A stretch of DNA of 64,000 bases from a virus. Both the position numbers and the translations under genes were made by a program. The notes beneath the pieces were generated by a model that did not search any database, had not been told where the DNA came from, and worked only from the letters and a program-made list of their open reading frames with translations. Each line of letters starts with the position of its first letter. The stretch's first letter is position 1. Below are positions 49,028 through 58,533 of the stretch, piece after piece. The DNA is taken from IMG/VR virus record IMGVR_UViG_3300044639_001144, one strand, 5' to 3'.

Positions 49028-50032
49028 TATCTGTATACTAACTATTTTATTAAACTTACTCCAGACATTGACATTCCATTCCTTTGCATCTTTGTGTGAG
49101 TATGTAAATGGTATTGTTATTGATTCACCATCTCCAATTTTATAATCTGATATTCTGGCTAATGGTATATAACCTAATGCTAATTCAGACAGTTTCATAT
49201 TAGGATCATGAACTTCTGATAAATTATTCTTCATCCACCAGTTATAGAACTTTACTCTGTTGACATAGGTAAGTGATGGACGGCCAAAGTGCATGTAGAA
49301 CTCAGCCGCAAATCTTGCTTGTGGTCGAACAGCATGCCGTTTCACTACTTCAATATCATTCTCATTTAGTACGCTTGACCAATGTTTACCTAAGGTGTTG
49401 TACCCTAGGTACATCCATCCCCATTGCAAGTCTGAACCAAATAAGAAGAAGTCTTCTGGTTTAAGATCCTGATGTATGCCTGCTGGTAAGTAATCTACTA
49501 AACAAGTACATAGTCCTTGATCAGGAGTTTCCCAATTTCTAAAGATAGCTTCAAAATTATGTATCTGCTCATTTAAACGTAAGAATCTATCATGTAGTTC
49601 AAAGTTTTGACATTTGCCTGGCCATATTGCGTTTGCTAACTCAGGCTTATCATCAGGATTATTAAAATATTTTGTATCTAATAATTCCTGTAGTCTGTCG
49701 CCATAAATCTCATATTCTTCATGTAAATCATTAAGTACATCTTGGGTGGCATGTAAGTGTTCTAATGATATAATATCATCTAACGCAACATCATACATGG
49801 AGTTAATTTTTAATATATTGTCTCTAAACTCAGCAAAGTTTTCCTTACGATCTTCTGGACTTAAGATTCTTCTATAGTTGGCTTGTATAGTATGATTGGC
49901 TTCTTGATTCTGTTTGATCATTGCCAACCATCTATCACCTAGATCAGTATCTAAAATTTTAAATTTAATATGTAACTGCTCATTGTTTTTATTACTGGCT
50001 GTTACTATCAAACTTCGATCATTTTTCCACAT
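49013..50032 (-). CDS. Hypothetical protein coupled to a radical SAM gene
   Basis: 339-aa ORF with LNDLHEEYE, LNEQIHNFE and YLGYNTLGKHW motifs; possibly metal-binding. Confidence 0.6.
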   Translation of the reverse strand: MWKNDRSLIVTASNKNNEQLHIKFKILDTDLGDRWLAMIKQNQEANHTIQANYRRILSPEDRKENFAEFRDNILKINSMYDVALDDIISLEHLHATQDVLNDLHEEYEIYGDRLQELLDTKYFNNPDDKPELANAIWPGKCQNFELHDRFLRLNEQIHNFEAIFRNWETPDQGLCTCLVDYLPAGIHQDLKPEDFFLFGSDLQWGWMYLGYNTLGKHWSSVLNENDIEVVKRHAVRPQARFAAEFYMHFGRPSLTYVNRVKFYNWWMKNNLSEVHDPNMKLSELALGYIPLARISDYKIGDGESITIPFTYSHKDAKEWNVNVWSKFNKIVSIQILDAG

Positions 50033-51311
50033 TTAATGCTACCTTTACTGATTTTAGCTCTGGTATAATCTCAAATGTATCTTCATTGCGTAACGCATCT
50101 AATTTTGCTGTTTGTCTTAAGAAATGTTTAGCTGCTGATACATTGAACGGCTTAGTTAATTCAAATAAGATGTGTTCAAACAATTTACTAATGTTAGTTC
50201 CATGCTTCTCGTTAAATTCTGTTATAAAATTTTCCAACTTAAGAATGATTTCGTGTTTGAAGTCATCTGGCAGAATACTTACATGATAGTAAATAGGACT
50301 TTCTAACAAATTAATAAAGAAGTTATTGTGATTTTGACTTCTACGCTTTGGATCACCTCTAATAACACCGATATCAACTAAATGAGTAATCATTTCAGGC
50401 AATCGGAACACATTAAATGCTCCTATGGTAAGTCCCGGACGAAGTATGATATTGTCTAATGTTGCCAGTCTTTTCAAATTGGCTTCTACCTTAGGCCATA
50501 CTGTGCCTGATCGTATTAGCTCTGCTCGTTCTCCAATCTCATCAATACTTGGCCATATTTCTAATTTACCATACTGCCATTTACTCCAATAATCCATAAT
50601 ATTTTTCTTGCCGTACTCTAGCACAGAACAATTAGTATTGTAACTTAGTTTTACATCAAACCGTTCTTTAGCAACCAACATATCTAAGATTTGCCAATGT
50701 TCAGGCATAAGCAATGGCTCACCGCCTGCGAAATATATTCGTCGCACATTGTCAATTTGGTCATATAAGAAATCATAATTGGTTTGCTCGCCTACGTTGC
50801 CAATACTCCATACTTTTTCTTGATCAGCATAGCCTAGCTTAGTGGCATCTGGTACCCATGCTGAGCTATACGCTGGCCCACAACTGCGACATTTAAAATT
50901 ACATAAGTTACTAAAACGAAAATCCCAATATTTTAAATCCATGGTAGTACATGTGCCGTCTGCTTCAGTAATGTCTGGAATAGAGTCAATTACGTCTTGA
51001 AAATCTCTACGGTGGTATGTTCTTGCGCTTTCGCCTGTAACTCGTTCACGGTCGAAACATTTAGAGCATATGGGTGGCTCTTTACCTTCAATCATGTCCT
51101 TTCGGATGGATTTTTGATTGTCGCTATTCCATACTTCTTCTAGTGTCATTGTTTTAAGATCACCTGAAAACACTTTATGTGAAGCAGTTAAGCAACATGG
51201 AAGTACTTTGCCGCTAGGTTCAAATGCAAGATGCATCCAAGGCACAGCACATATTGTTGAGCTAGCGTTCTCGGAAATAATTGGTATAATTTTAGTTTGT
51301 TCTTGTGTCAT
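50019..51311 (-). CDS. Radical SAM protein with an N-terminal SPASM/Twitch-like domain
   Basis: CAVPW...GKVLPCC...CSKC, core CNFKCRSC, YFAGGEP and YNTN. Confidence 0.92.
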   Translation of the reverse strand: MTQEQTKIIPIISENASSTICAVPWMHLAFEPSGKVLPCCLTASHKVFSGDLKTMTLEEVWNSDNQKSIRKDMIEGKEPPICSKCFDRERVTGESARTYHRRDFQDVIDSIPDITEADGTCTTMDLKYWDFRFSNLCNFKCRSCGPAYSSAWVPDATKLGYADQEKVWSIGNVGEQTNYDFLYDQIDNVRRIYFAGGEPLLMPEHWQILDMLVAKERFDVKLSYNTNCSVLEYGKKNIMDYWSKWQYGKLEIWPSIDEIGERAELIRSGTVWPKVEANLKRLATLDNIILRPGLTIGAFNVFRLPEMITHLVDIGVIRGDPKRRSQNHNNFFINLLESPIYYHVSILPDDFKHEIILKLENFITEFNEKHGTNISKLFEHILFELTKPFNVSAAKHFLRQTAKLDALRNEDTFEIIPELKSVKVALNVEK

Positions 51312-51392
51312 GGGATATTTTAAAGGTACTTATGTGTATAGTGTACACGAACGAGAAGGGGAAAACAACTTTTATGGGAAATTGATAGTAGA

Positions 51393-53006
51393 TTAACTAT
51401 CAATGTTATTTAGCACATTCTCATTAAATTTTGATTTAAGCCAATCGTAGTCATTTACTTTTTGTAATATTTTGTCATTGCCTTGGTTTTCTTCTCCGAA
51501 TTTTCTGCCGGCAATTGCACCTGCTATGGCATATTTTCCAAAAGGTTTATCATTGCCCAGTGTACACCAAATGTCTAGACGCTTTTCTGTTTCACGAACC
51601 ATTTGTCGTTTTAGTACTTTGCCGGACAATTTAGCACATTCTCTAAATGCGCTGCGCCAAGTACTAAACTCATCACTGTTAAAGGCAGTAGTATTGCTAA
51701 TTTTAGGCATTAATTTAAATTTATCACTTAAACTAGTAGTCATATCGGTGTTGTTTGGGTTTGCAGATATAACTAACGTAGTTGGAAATAATTTAACTCC
51801 GCCATATCCGTACTTTAACTCATTTACAGGGTTAATACTACGCCAAACATGAACGCAGTCTCTATCAAACAAGTTTGGTTGAAACTTAAAATCCCAATAG
51901 TCAGCTAAGTCAGCGTCACCGTCAACTACATAAAACATATCAGTGGTTACTATAGATGCCGCTTGTTTGTGTGCAGCTACAATACCCTTTACCCCATTGA
52001 CTCTCTTGGCATTAGGAGCTTTTGCTAATACCTTTTGCCAATTAGTTTCTGCATTGGGTTCATTATAACTGATAAACACTACATCTAATTGTTCAGGTAG
52101 ATTACATTTGATATTTCCGACTACTTTAACACCTTCTGATTCATGTGGAACAATTTTTGCTGCCCATACCTCTTCGTAGCTATTGACTAATCTTTCATCA
52201 ACGGTCCATACATGTTCGTATGCTAAATCATAATAAGGAATATGATCATCTATAGTATAATCAAGTACTGGCAATTCAGGATTATAAATTATTGTAGGAC
52301 TAACATATCCCATGTCTTTTACAGATTTAGGCATGCCATTCATTAACTTTAGTTTGATAGCCCAAATCTTATCTTCAGTGGGGTTAAACCTTTCGTCCAA
52401 ATGCCATACGTGTTCATATTTTAAGTCATACCATGGAATTAAAAAGCTGAAATCAAAATCTATTTTAGGAATATCAGGATTATATTTTATTCTAACTTTA
52501 GGACTAATATAGCCCATGTCTTTTGTGCCAGTAACGGGACAATCCTTTAATGAACATTTCATAACCCAAACTTTATCATCAGTAGGATTATATGAGGGAT
52601 CTAAATACCATATTAACTGATATGATAATCCTTCTAATTCTTCTAATTTAATTTTAGAAGGGTCATTAAAAAACGGTATAGAATCAGGTATATCTGGATT
52701 TCTTTCCCACACTATATCATTATAAATTACTGCTGGCCAATGACCCATATCGGGTATCCATGACTTGTGAAAATATTTTGCTACCCATTTACCATTAAAT
52801 TTCCATACTATACATTTAATTCCTGGAGTAGGGGGAATATTTTCAATGGTTTTATATAATCCAGTGCCTTCAAATTCTGGATTGACAACTAAGAATTCGT
52901 CATGTCCATTACCTAGTTGAGATAGTTGACGATCATAATCAACAAAATCATCTTTCCATTCAATTTTTGTAACTTCTTCTGTGGGTACTTGATAGATGTT
53001 TAGCAT
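51393..53006 (-). CDS. Glycosyltransferase-like protein with three N-terminal internal repeats
   Basis: C-terminal DVVFISYNEP...KRVNGVKG..AAHKQAA...VVDGDA...WRSAFRECAKL, a paralog of 38270-39202. TAAATA at 53014-53019. Confidence 0.65.
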   Translation of the reverse strand: MLNIYQVPTEEVTKIEWKDDFVDYDRQLSQLGNGHDEFLVVNPEFEGTGLYKTIENIPPTPGIKCIVWKFNGKWVAKYFHKSWIPDMGHWPAVIYNDIVWERNPDIPDSIPFFNDPSKIKLEELEGLSYQLIWYLDPSYNPTDDKVWVMKCSLKDCPVTGTKDMGYISPKVRIKYNPDIPKIDFDFSFLIPWYDLKYEHVWHLDERFNPTEDKIWAIKLKLMNGMPKSVKDMGYVSPTIIYNPELPVLDYTIDDHIPYYDLAYEHVWTVDERLVNSYEEVWAAKIVPHESEGVKVVGNIKCNLPEQLDVVFISYNEPNAETNWQKVLAKAPNAKRVNGVKGIVAAHKQAASIVTTDMFYVVDGDADLADYWDFKFQPNLFDRDCVHVWRSINPVNELKYGYGGVKLFPTTLVISANPNNTDMTTSLSDKFKLMPKISNTTAFNSDEFSTWRSAFRECAKLSGKVLKRQMVRETEKRLDIWCTLGNDKPFGKYAIAGAIAGRKFGEENQGNDKILQKVNDYDWLKSKFNENVLNNIDS

Positions 53007-53036
53007 AGGTTAGTATTTAACTACATATATAATAGT

Positions 53037-53912
53037 CTAAAAATATTTTGCAGTATGTTGCTGCCATTCATAGTCTGTAAGATGATCTATGTTGATTCGG
53101 TAAAACTTTCTTATTTCAGTATCGCTATTGAATTTTAGTTCAGATCGGTTGTGTACAAACGGCCAATTGTCATAGATTGATATGTCATATGTATCCCAAG
53201 TGTGAGTATATGTTAGCTCAGGTATTTTTTCTAGGTAAGACAACCATTCTCGTACTAGTGAGCAATCGGTTTGCAATACCCCATCAATTTTTATTCCGCA
53301 TATCCAAGCTTCTGTATTCTTTTCCCAGTTATAATAGTTTAATCTAAGAGATTGTCGTCCGGTGATAGGATGAGTCTTTAACAAATCAAATTCTTTAATA
53401 TCTGTGCCAGGAGTATACCAACTTTGTTGTATAATTTTTACACGGGGCAACAGACTTTTCATTTCTGGAGTAAGATAATCTATAGCATGTTCAAGATTTA
53501 GCCAAGATGTCTTGCCTGACTCTGTAGGGTTGGGATTTGCCACAATCCACAAGCTTCTAAATGGAAATGGCTTATATGTTCTATTTGGTATGTCAGCATG
53601 CCATGGCATTTCACTCATGCCTAATCGTTTTGCTGTATTAGTTATTGGACTTAATGTCATTTCGCCGTGTTCAGTATCCACAGACTCTGCTTTTTCTCTC
53701 GAATACGCATAATCATCTGATTGCCACGGTTCGCCAAAGCGTAGACTAAACTCCGCATATTCAGCATTGGTAAATTTGACTTCTTTGAAGAATATAACAC
53801 TACGTTTATATATTAAATCACGCCAATAATCAGTGCTGTATAGAAAGAACTCAGTCGGAGATTCTAACTGTATAACTGATCCCCAATTACTATGTATATC
53901 AGTTATTTTCAT
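53037..53912 (-). CDS. TauD/TfdA-family 2OG-Fe(II) dioxygenase
   Basis: MPWHAD (HxD), HPITG, H.W...D..I.DN...VH.R and terminal R motif. Confidence 0.85.
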   Translation of the reverse strand: MKITDIHSNWGSVIQLESPTEFFLYSTDYWRDLIYKRSVIFFKEVKFTNAEYAEFSLRFGEPWQSDDYAYSREKAESVDTEHGEMTLSPITNTAKRLGMSEMPWHADIPNRTYKPFPFRSLWIVANPNPTESGKTSWLNLEHAIDYLTPEMKSLLPRVKIIQQSWYTPGTDIKEFDLLKTHPITGRQSLRLNYYNWEKNTEAWICGIKIDGVLQTDCSLVREWLSYLEKIPELTYTHTWDTYDISIYDNWPFVHNRSELKFNSDTEIRKFYRINIDHLTDYEWQQHTAKYF

Positions 53913-54517
53913 GATAATCTTGCGTCTATAATAAAGTTTATCCTGTCCTCATTGCTACGATTTTCTAACCAATGAGGTACATGATTATTGACCCAATACA
54001 ACGAGTCACTTTCTAATATACATTCTTCATCTCTAATCATAAAGATGTTTTCTGTGGCTGCGGTAACAGTAAAGTGAAATCTATCATAGTAACTAAAATA
54101 TTTTCCACTATCAACATGTGAATCAATAACAGAGTTAGCTGCCAATTTGCTAATAAAAATTCTTCCAAATTCAACTTGTTCTGCGCCTGTGTTTAATAAC
54201 ATTTGCTTAAACCAATTTATAATTTTTTTAAAAACATATTCATTTGCGATGGGGGTTTCTCCAATTTCCATCCATTGATTAGATTCTATAGTAGATATTT
54301 TGGCTGGAAGATCTTTTAACAATCTTAAATGTATAGATTCTGTAAATCGTAATGCATGTGTTGTAGTTTGTCTACGAGTACTGAGCTTCCATAAATGATG
54401 GTTAGTTGTATCTGATAGATAAGCTCTTACTTCATCACCTAATTCTTTATTTGATCCTATTTTTACATAGTTTAAGTCACTATCAAATATTTTGAATGGA
54501 CTAACTAAGCTATTCAT
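53909..54517 (-). CDS. Aspartyl/asparaginyl beta-hydroxylase-like 2OG-Fe(II) oxygenase
   Basis: GRIFISKL...SHVD, RFH and NNHVPHWLEN.S..DRINFIID. Confidence 0.8.
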   Translation of the reverse strand: MNSLVSPFKIFDSDLNYVKIGSNKELGDEVRAYLSDTTNHHLWKLSTRRQTTTHALRFTESIHLRLLKDLPAKISTIESNQWMEIGETPIANEYVFKKIINWFKQMLLNTGAEQVEFGRIFISKLAANSVIDSHVDSGKYFSYYDRFHFTVTAATENIFMIRDEECILESDSLYWVNNHVPHWLENRSNEDRINFIIDARLS

Positions 54518-55032
54518 ATATTACCACCGACAGGAAGTAATCTTCTATGCTTTTGTTTTAGAAATGAACAACGTACTACTGTATCTCTTTCTGGCAACAT
54601 ACGATTATACAGTATTTGCCAATAGTTATTGTATAAACATCTTGTTTTTGCAGGAACAATACATTCATCTACATATTTGTATCTTAGATTAAACACAATA
54701 TCTATCAATCCAACATCATCAGCATCAATCAGTGAGTAAAACTTTAATCTACCCATGCCTTCATTGTATGCCATTGCAGAGCTTATCAATGTGCGAAGTT
54801 CGTCTTTGGTATCATTCGATTTTATGTCGGTAATATACCAACAAGCGTCATCGCGGCTTATATAAAATGATATAAAAGAAGTTATGCTACCATTTTCTTG
54901 TTCTATTCCAAATGCTTTGTAACTGGTTAATCCTGATAGATAAGTGTCTATAAATCTGTTATATAAAGCATCCACTGTGAATAATGGTTTAACAAGTTCT
55001 CTATATAATAAATTTAATTCTACAATTTTCAT
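54514..55032 (-). CDS. Hypothetical protein, possibly GNAT-fold
   Basis: 172-aa ORF coupled on both sides; the AFGIEQENGSITSFISF beta hairpin and WYIT strand suggest a GNAT fold. Confidence 0.35.
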   Translation of the reverse strand: MKIVELNLLYRELVKPLFTVDALYNRFIDTYLSGLTSYKAFGIEQENGSITSFISFYISRDDACWYITDIKSNDTKDELRTLISSAMAYNEGMGRLKFYSLIDADDVGLIDIVFNLRYKYVDECIVPAKTRCLYNNYWQILYNRMLPERDTVVRCSFLKQKHRRLLPVGGNI

Positions 55033-55946
55033 AGCTTTCCTTTCAATTGTTGTATTACTGTATCATAATGTATGCCATCTACATTGGCTTCTAGCCTTTT
55101 GATTTGTGTTCTTCCTAATTCTTTGTATACTTCTTGATTAAAGTCTAGTAGCTTTTCAAATCCATGTGTTTTTGATTTAGGCCTAGTTTTGTATAGTGTA
55201 GATAAAATTGAGTTCTTGCTGCTGGCAGAGTTTAGCTTGTAGTTGTAACGATTAGACACAAGTTCTTTTACTAAAGGATTTTCTAACCAATATAATAGCA
55301 ACTCAGGCGTATAGCTAAACCATTCATTTACCAATGGCACTCCAAATTTATCAGAGAACCGCATAGCACTGGCATCTTCATTTTCCCTAAGTGTATAATA
55401 CCAATAACTATCATTAAGATTTACTTGTCTAGTAAGTAATGCTTCACCTCCCATGACAGCAGGCGCACCTAGCTTCATTACACTCCTGTAAACCATGATA
55501 TAAGTTATTTGAGTACATTGTATTTGTTCGCCAAACTCTTTAGCTTCGCCTGAATAGTAAAAATCCTCAATATCTATATCAATGATATCTAGTTTAACGT
55601 CTAACTCATCAGCTATTGCTTGTGCTTCGACTAAATCACTGGCATTGTAGTCATTTTTAAATCTAAGAGTAACGCAGCGTGGTTTGAATCCTGTTGCTAC
55701 GAAATTTCTTAGTACTATTTCACTATCGGTGCCTCCTGATAAAAATAATACAAGATCCTTGCCAAAATCACTTCTTACTAACTGAGCAGTACGATGTAAT
55801 TCGTCTGCATATGAGCTAGCAGCATATCGTTCTGGGTCTATTTTGCCGACTCTTACTGAATATTTTTCTGTTGAATTCTTTCTATAGTCATAGTCACGCC
55901 CTCCTATGCTATATACAAGATGATTATTATGTGTGAAGTTTGTCAT
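55029..55946 (-). CDS. PP-loop (adenine nucleotide alpha hydrolase) protein, asparagine synthase C-domain-like
   Basis: LVLFLSGGTDSE PP-loop and K.HGFEK near the C-terminus. Likely start MTNFTH at 55946. Confidence 0.65.
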   Translation of the reverse strand: MTNFTHNNHLVYSIGGRDYDYRKNSTEKYSVRVGKIDPERYAASSYADELHRTAQLVRSDFGKDLVLFLSGGTDSEIVLRNFVATGFKPRCVTLRFKNDYNASDLVEAQAIADELDVKLDIIDIDIEDFYYSGEAKEFGEQIQCTQITYIMVYRSVMKLGAPAVMGGEALLTRQVNLNDSYWYYTLRENEDASAMRFSDKFGVPLVNEWFSYTPELLLYWLENPLVKELVSNRYNYKLNSASSKNSILSTLYKTRPKSKTHGFEKLLDFNQEVYKELGRTQIKRLEANVDGIHYDTVIQQLKGKL

Positions 55947-56757
55947 TGCGCTCTTTGTAAATTTTCTGTCTGCTTTCTTTAGTCGCAATCAATGGTAGAA
56001 AGATTAAACTAAAATCCCACTCGCTTGACTTGCCACTTATACTAGATCCGAAGTCATAGCTACTTGCTTTTTCATGATGATTGTTGTGCCATCCTTGTCC
56101 CCATGTAATCCAAGCTAGTAATGATACATTACGACTTTGATCTTTTGTATCAAAATTTCTATAACCATAACCAGGACTGTGGCAAAATATATTAATGTTA
56201 CTTTCCATGTATAAGCTCAATGCTGCTGGCACAATGAACCCAAATAGCAACAGTTCCCAACTAATCAAACCTACTATAACATAAGTTACCAGAATAATAT
56301 AGTTATAATTCTTAGCTATCCATACATGCATAGGATCTCTGATCAAATCTATTGCGTACTTAGGATTAAAGTATTTGTCCCAGTCATGTAACCACATGTG
56401 CCAAGCGTACCACCAGCCCTTAGAGGGGGTGTGGGCATCTTTTTCTGTGTCGCTGTATCGGTGATGACTACCTCTATGTACTGCTGCCCAGCCGAGCGGG
56501 CTGCCCTGTAGTGATAAGCAACTAATCCAAAGTAAAATTGGCTTTAATCCTGGTCGTAGTTCAACAGCTTTGTGACTAACGTATCTATGTAGGCCTACTG
56601 CAACGCCTAACCCTTCTATTATGATCCAGCCAATTAGCAATTGCCAAAAGTTAGTCCATGTAAAATCAAAAAATGTAAGAAATAATATTGTACCTATCCA
56701 TGCTACAGCATGTATTGGATAAAGTATGTAGTATAAGAATGAATTTATTTTAGGCAT
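55927..56757 (-). CDS. Membrane fatty-acid desaturase (delta-9 / stearoyl-CoA desaturase-like)
   Basis: His boxes HRYVSH, HRGSHH and HNNHH plus transmembrane segments. Likely start MPKINS at 56757. Confidence 0.9.
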   Translation of the reverse strand: MPKINSFLYYILYPIHAVAWIGTILFLTFFDFTWTNFWQLLIGWIIIEGLGVAVGLHRYVSHKAVELRPGLKPILLWISCLSLQGSPLGWAAVHRGSHHRYSDTEKDAHTPSKGWWYAWHMWLHDWDKYFNPKYAIDLIRDPMHVWIAKNYNYIILVTYVIVGLISWELLLFGFIVPAALSLYMESNINIFCHSPGYGYRNFDTKDQSRNVSLLAWITWGQGWHNNHHEKASSYDFGSSISGKSSEWDFSLIFLPLIATKESRQKIYKERNDKLHT

Positions 56758-56761
56758 AAGG

Positions 56762-56775
56762 TATTTAATTAAATA
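56762..56775. promoter_or_regulatory. Palindromic bidirectional late promoter TATTTAATTAAATA
   Basis: Perfect 14-bp palindrome giving TAAATA on both strands, 4 nt and 7 nt from the divergent ATGs. Confidence 0.65.
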
Positions 56776-56782
56776 TAGTACG

Positions 56783-57358
56783 ATGAAAAAAATAGTTGAT
56801 TTTGCTACAAATTTTGACAAAAAACTGTGGGAACAATATCAAGAATATCTCATTAACACAACCGACGAGCTTAAAGAAAATTATTTAGGATTAGATCCTA
56901 GGGATTTTTTATCATTTCCGGTTGTTATTATAAATGATAAAATTGTATGTTTCAGTGCGTTACAAATTAGTGATGAACGTTGGGCAAAAGGTATTGGAAG
57001 ATGTAGTACTAGAATGTGGATACATCCTGATTATAGACATGGACTATCTAAGTTTGGTGGCGGAGATAAGTTCCTTAATACAACTTACTGTTTACCCATA
57101 CAATTCAATGTAGCTAAACTAAACAATCTTGACTGTTTATTTATTAGCCGCGAACATAATCTGCTTGCGTTCAACAAATATTCGGAGTTAATTAAAACAA
57201 ATTGTTCTATTAATTTTACCATGGAATCTTCTAAGTACAATGTATGTGGTGCTAAAGATCCTGTTCCTGAAAGTTGCCAACAATGGGTCATGCTACATCA
57301 TTTGACTGAAACAGGCCCTGAACTTTGGTATAACAATATGTCGCAGTATATATTATAA
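56783..57358 (+). CDS. GNAT-fold acyltransferase-like protein
   Basis: NDKIVCFSAL hairpin and TRMWIHPDYRHG (motif A-like). Confidence 0.5.
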   Translation: MKKIVDFATNFDKKLWEQYQEYLINTTDELKENYLGLDPRDFLSFPVVIINDKIVCFSALQISDERWAKGIGRCSTRMWIHPDYRHGLSKFGGGDKFLNTTYCLPIQFNVAKLNNLDCLFISREHNLLAFNKYSELIKTNCSINFTMESSKYNVCGAKDPVPESCQQWVMLHHLTETGPELWYNNMSQYIL

Positions 57359-58297
57359 TTTTACTTGTTTAAGCCACTCGTAATACTTAACTAATCCTTG
57401 TTCTAGATCAATTTTAGGATTATATCCAAAATCTTTTTTCGCTTTTTCTATGCTTAGTTGTCCCCGTACTGGGTATGACATATCACGATGATTGATTGTT
57501 ACTGAACCTTTGCCTACTATCTTAACTACTAGACTAGCAGCTTCTAATAAAGTTCTTGCTTGCCCCTTTGATATATTATATGTGTCATTTTTAGATGCAT
57601 CGCTGATTGCTGCTAGGGCTATACCCATAGCAGTATTATCAACATATGTAAAATCCAGTACTTCTTCAGGGCCATTTACTAACAGCTTGTCTCCGCGCAT
57701 AGCAGCAGCAAAAAATTTGCTAATAACTCTATCCTCAACATCACACGGTCCATATACAGCACTAGGGCGAACAATAGTATGTTCTAACCCATATTGTCTA
57801 GTATAATCACGTACTAACCATTCGCCTGCTAACTTCATTATTCCATATTGCCCGATAGGCTCACAGGAAGTATCTTCTTTGATGTTTGTATGATCAAAGT
57901 TGCCATAAACCATACTTGAGCTAGCGTACACAAATCTTTTTACACCATGTTTAACTGATAGCTCAAGTAAGTTAAGTAATCCTTCACTCATTACTCTACT
58001 GCCGGCTGCTGGATTTTTGTTTACAACTTTTTGTCGTGGAAAACTAGCTAAATGAATGACAACATCAATATCATCAAATAGTTTGTCATCTAATGTTTCT
58101 GCTATATCCGCTAATACAATGTCTTTAGAATGAATTTTGGTAGTTCTCTCATTCATTAGATAGTCTAATTCTGTCCTAGGGATAATACCATAATCGGTAC
58201 GATTGTCTATGATTCTAACTTCATGGTGCAAATCTTCTAGTACACGAACTACATTGTGACCTATAAATCCCATGCCACCGGTAATTAGTATGTTCAT
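57353..58297 (-). CDS. NAD-dependent NDP-sugar epimerase/dehydratase (extended SDR)
   Basis: ITGGMGFIG, ASSSMVYG, YGIMK (YxxxK) and RPSAVYGP. Confidence 0.92.
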   Translation of the reverse strand: MNILITGGMGFIGHNVVRVLEDLHHEVRIIDNRTDYGIIPRTELDYLMNERTTKIHSKDIVLADIAETLDDKLFDDIDVVIHLASFPRQKVVNKNPAAGSRVMSEGLLNLLELSVKHGVKRFVYASSSMVYGNFDHTNIKEDTSCEPIGQYGIMKLAGEWLVRDYTRQYGLEHTIVRPSAVYGPCDVEDRVISKFFAAAMRGDKLLVNGPEEVLDFTYVDNTAMGIALAAISDASKNDTYNISKGQARTLLEAASLVVKIVGKGSVTINHRDMSYPVRGQLSIEKAKKDFGYNPKIDLEQGLVKYYEWLKQVKL

Positions 58298-58533
58298 TTA
58301 ATATCTTTCCACTTTAGTGTCCAAAAAGTTTGATCTTGCTCAGTGAGTTTGGCAATAACATTATAACGATATCCATAACTCAATGAATCAGTCATACGAT
58401 GCCATTCAGGAGGTTCTATAGCGTGTTCCATCACCCATTTGCCCATTTTGCTTTCTTGCCATTCCCAAAGAGGATTGGCAGCGTAGATATCAGGGTCTTC
58501 TACATCGCCTATTACAAATGTGTGTACTATTAT
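58294..58533 (-). CDS. Hypothetical 79-aa protein lacking a canonical start (IIVHTFVIGDVEDPDIYAA...FWTLKWKDIK)
   Basis: The open frame fills the thyX-epimerase gap exactly and has an ATGA overlap with the epimerase. Only ATA codons are present at the 5' end. Confidence 0.55.
   Translation of the reverse strand: MIVHTFVIGDVEDPDIYAANPLWEWQESKMGKWVMEHAIEPPEWHRMTDSLSYGYRYNVIAKLTEQDQTFWTLKWKDIK

Noticed and set aside
36146-58297. RiPP precursor peptide for the radical SAM/SPASM enzymes
   Set aside because: Intergenic gaps are tiny and I found no small Cys-rich or repeat-rich ORF, PqqD/RRE domain or dedicated peptidase here. A precursor could lie outside the window.
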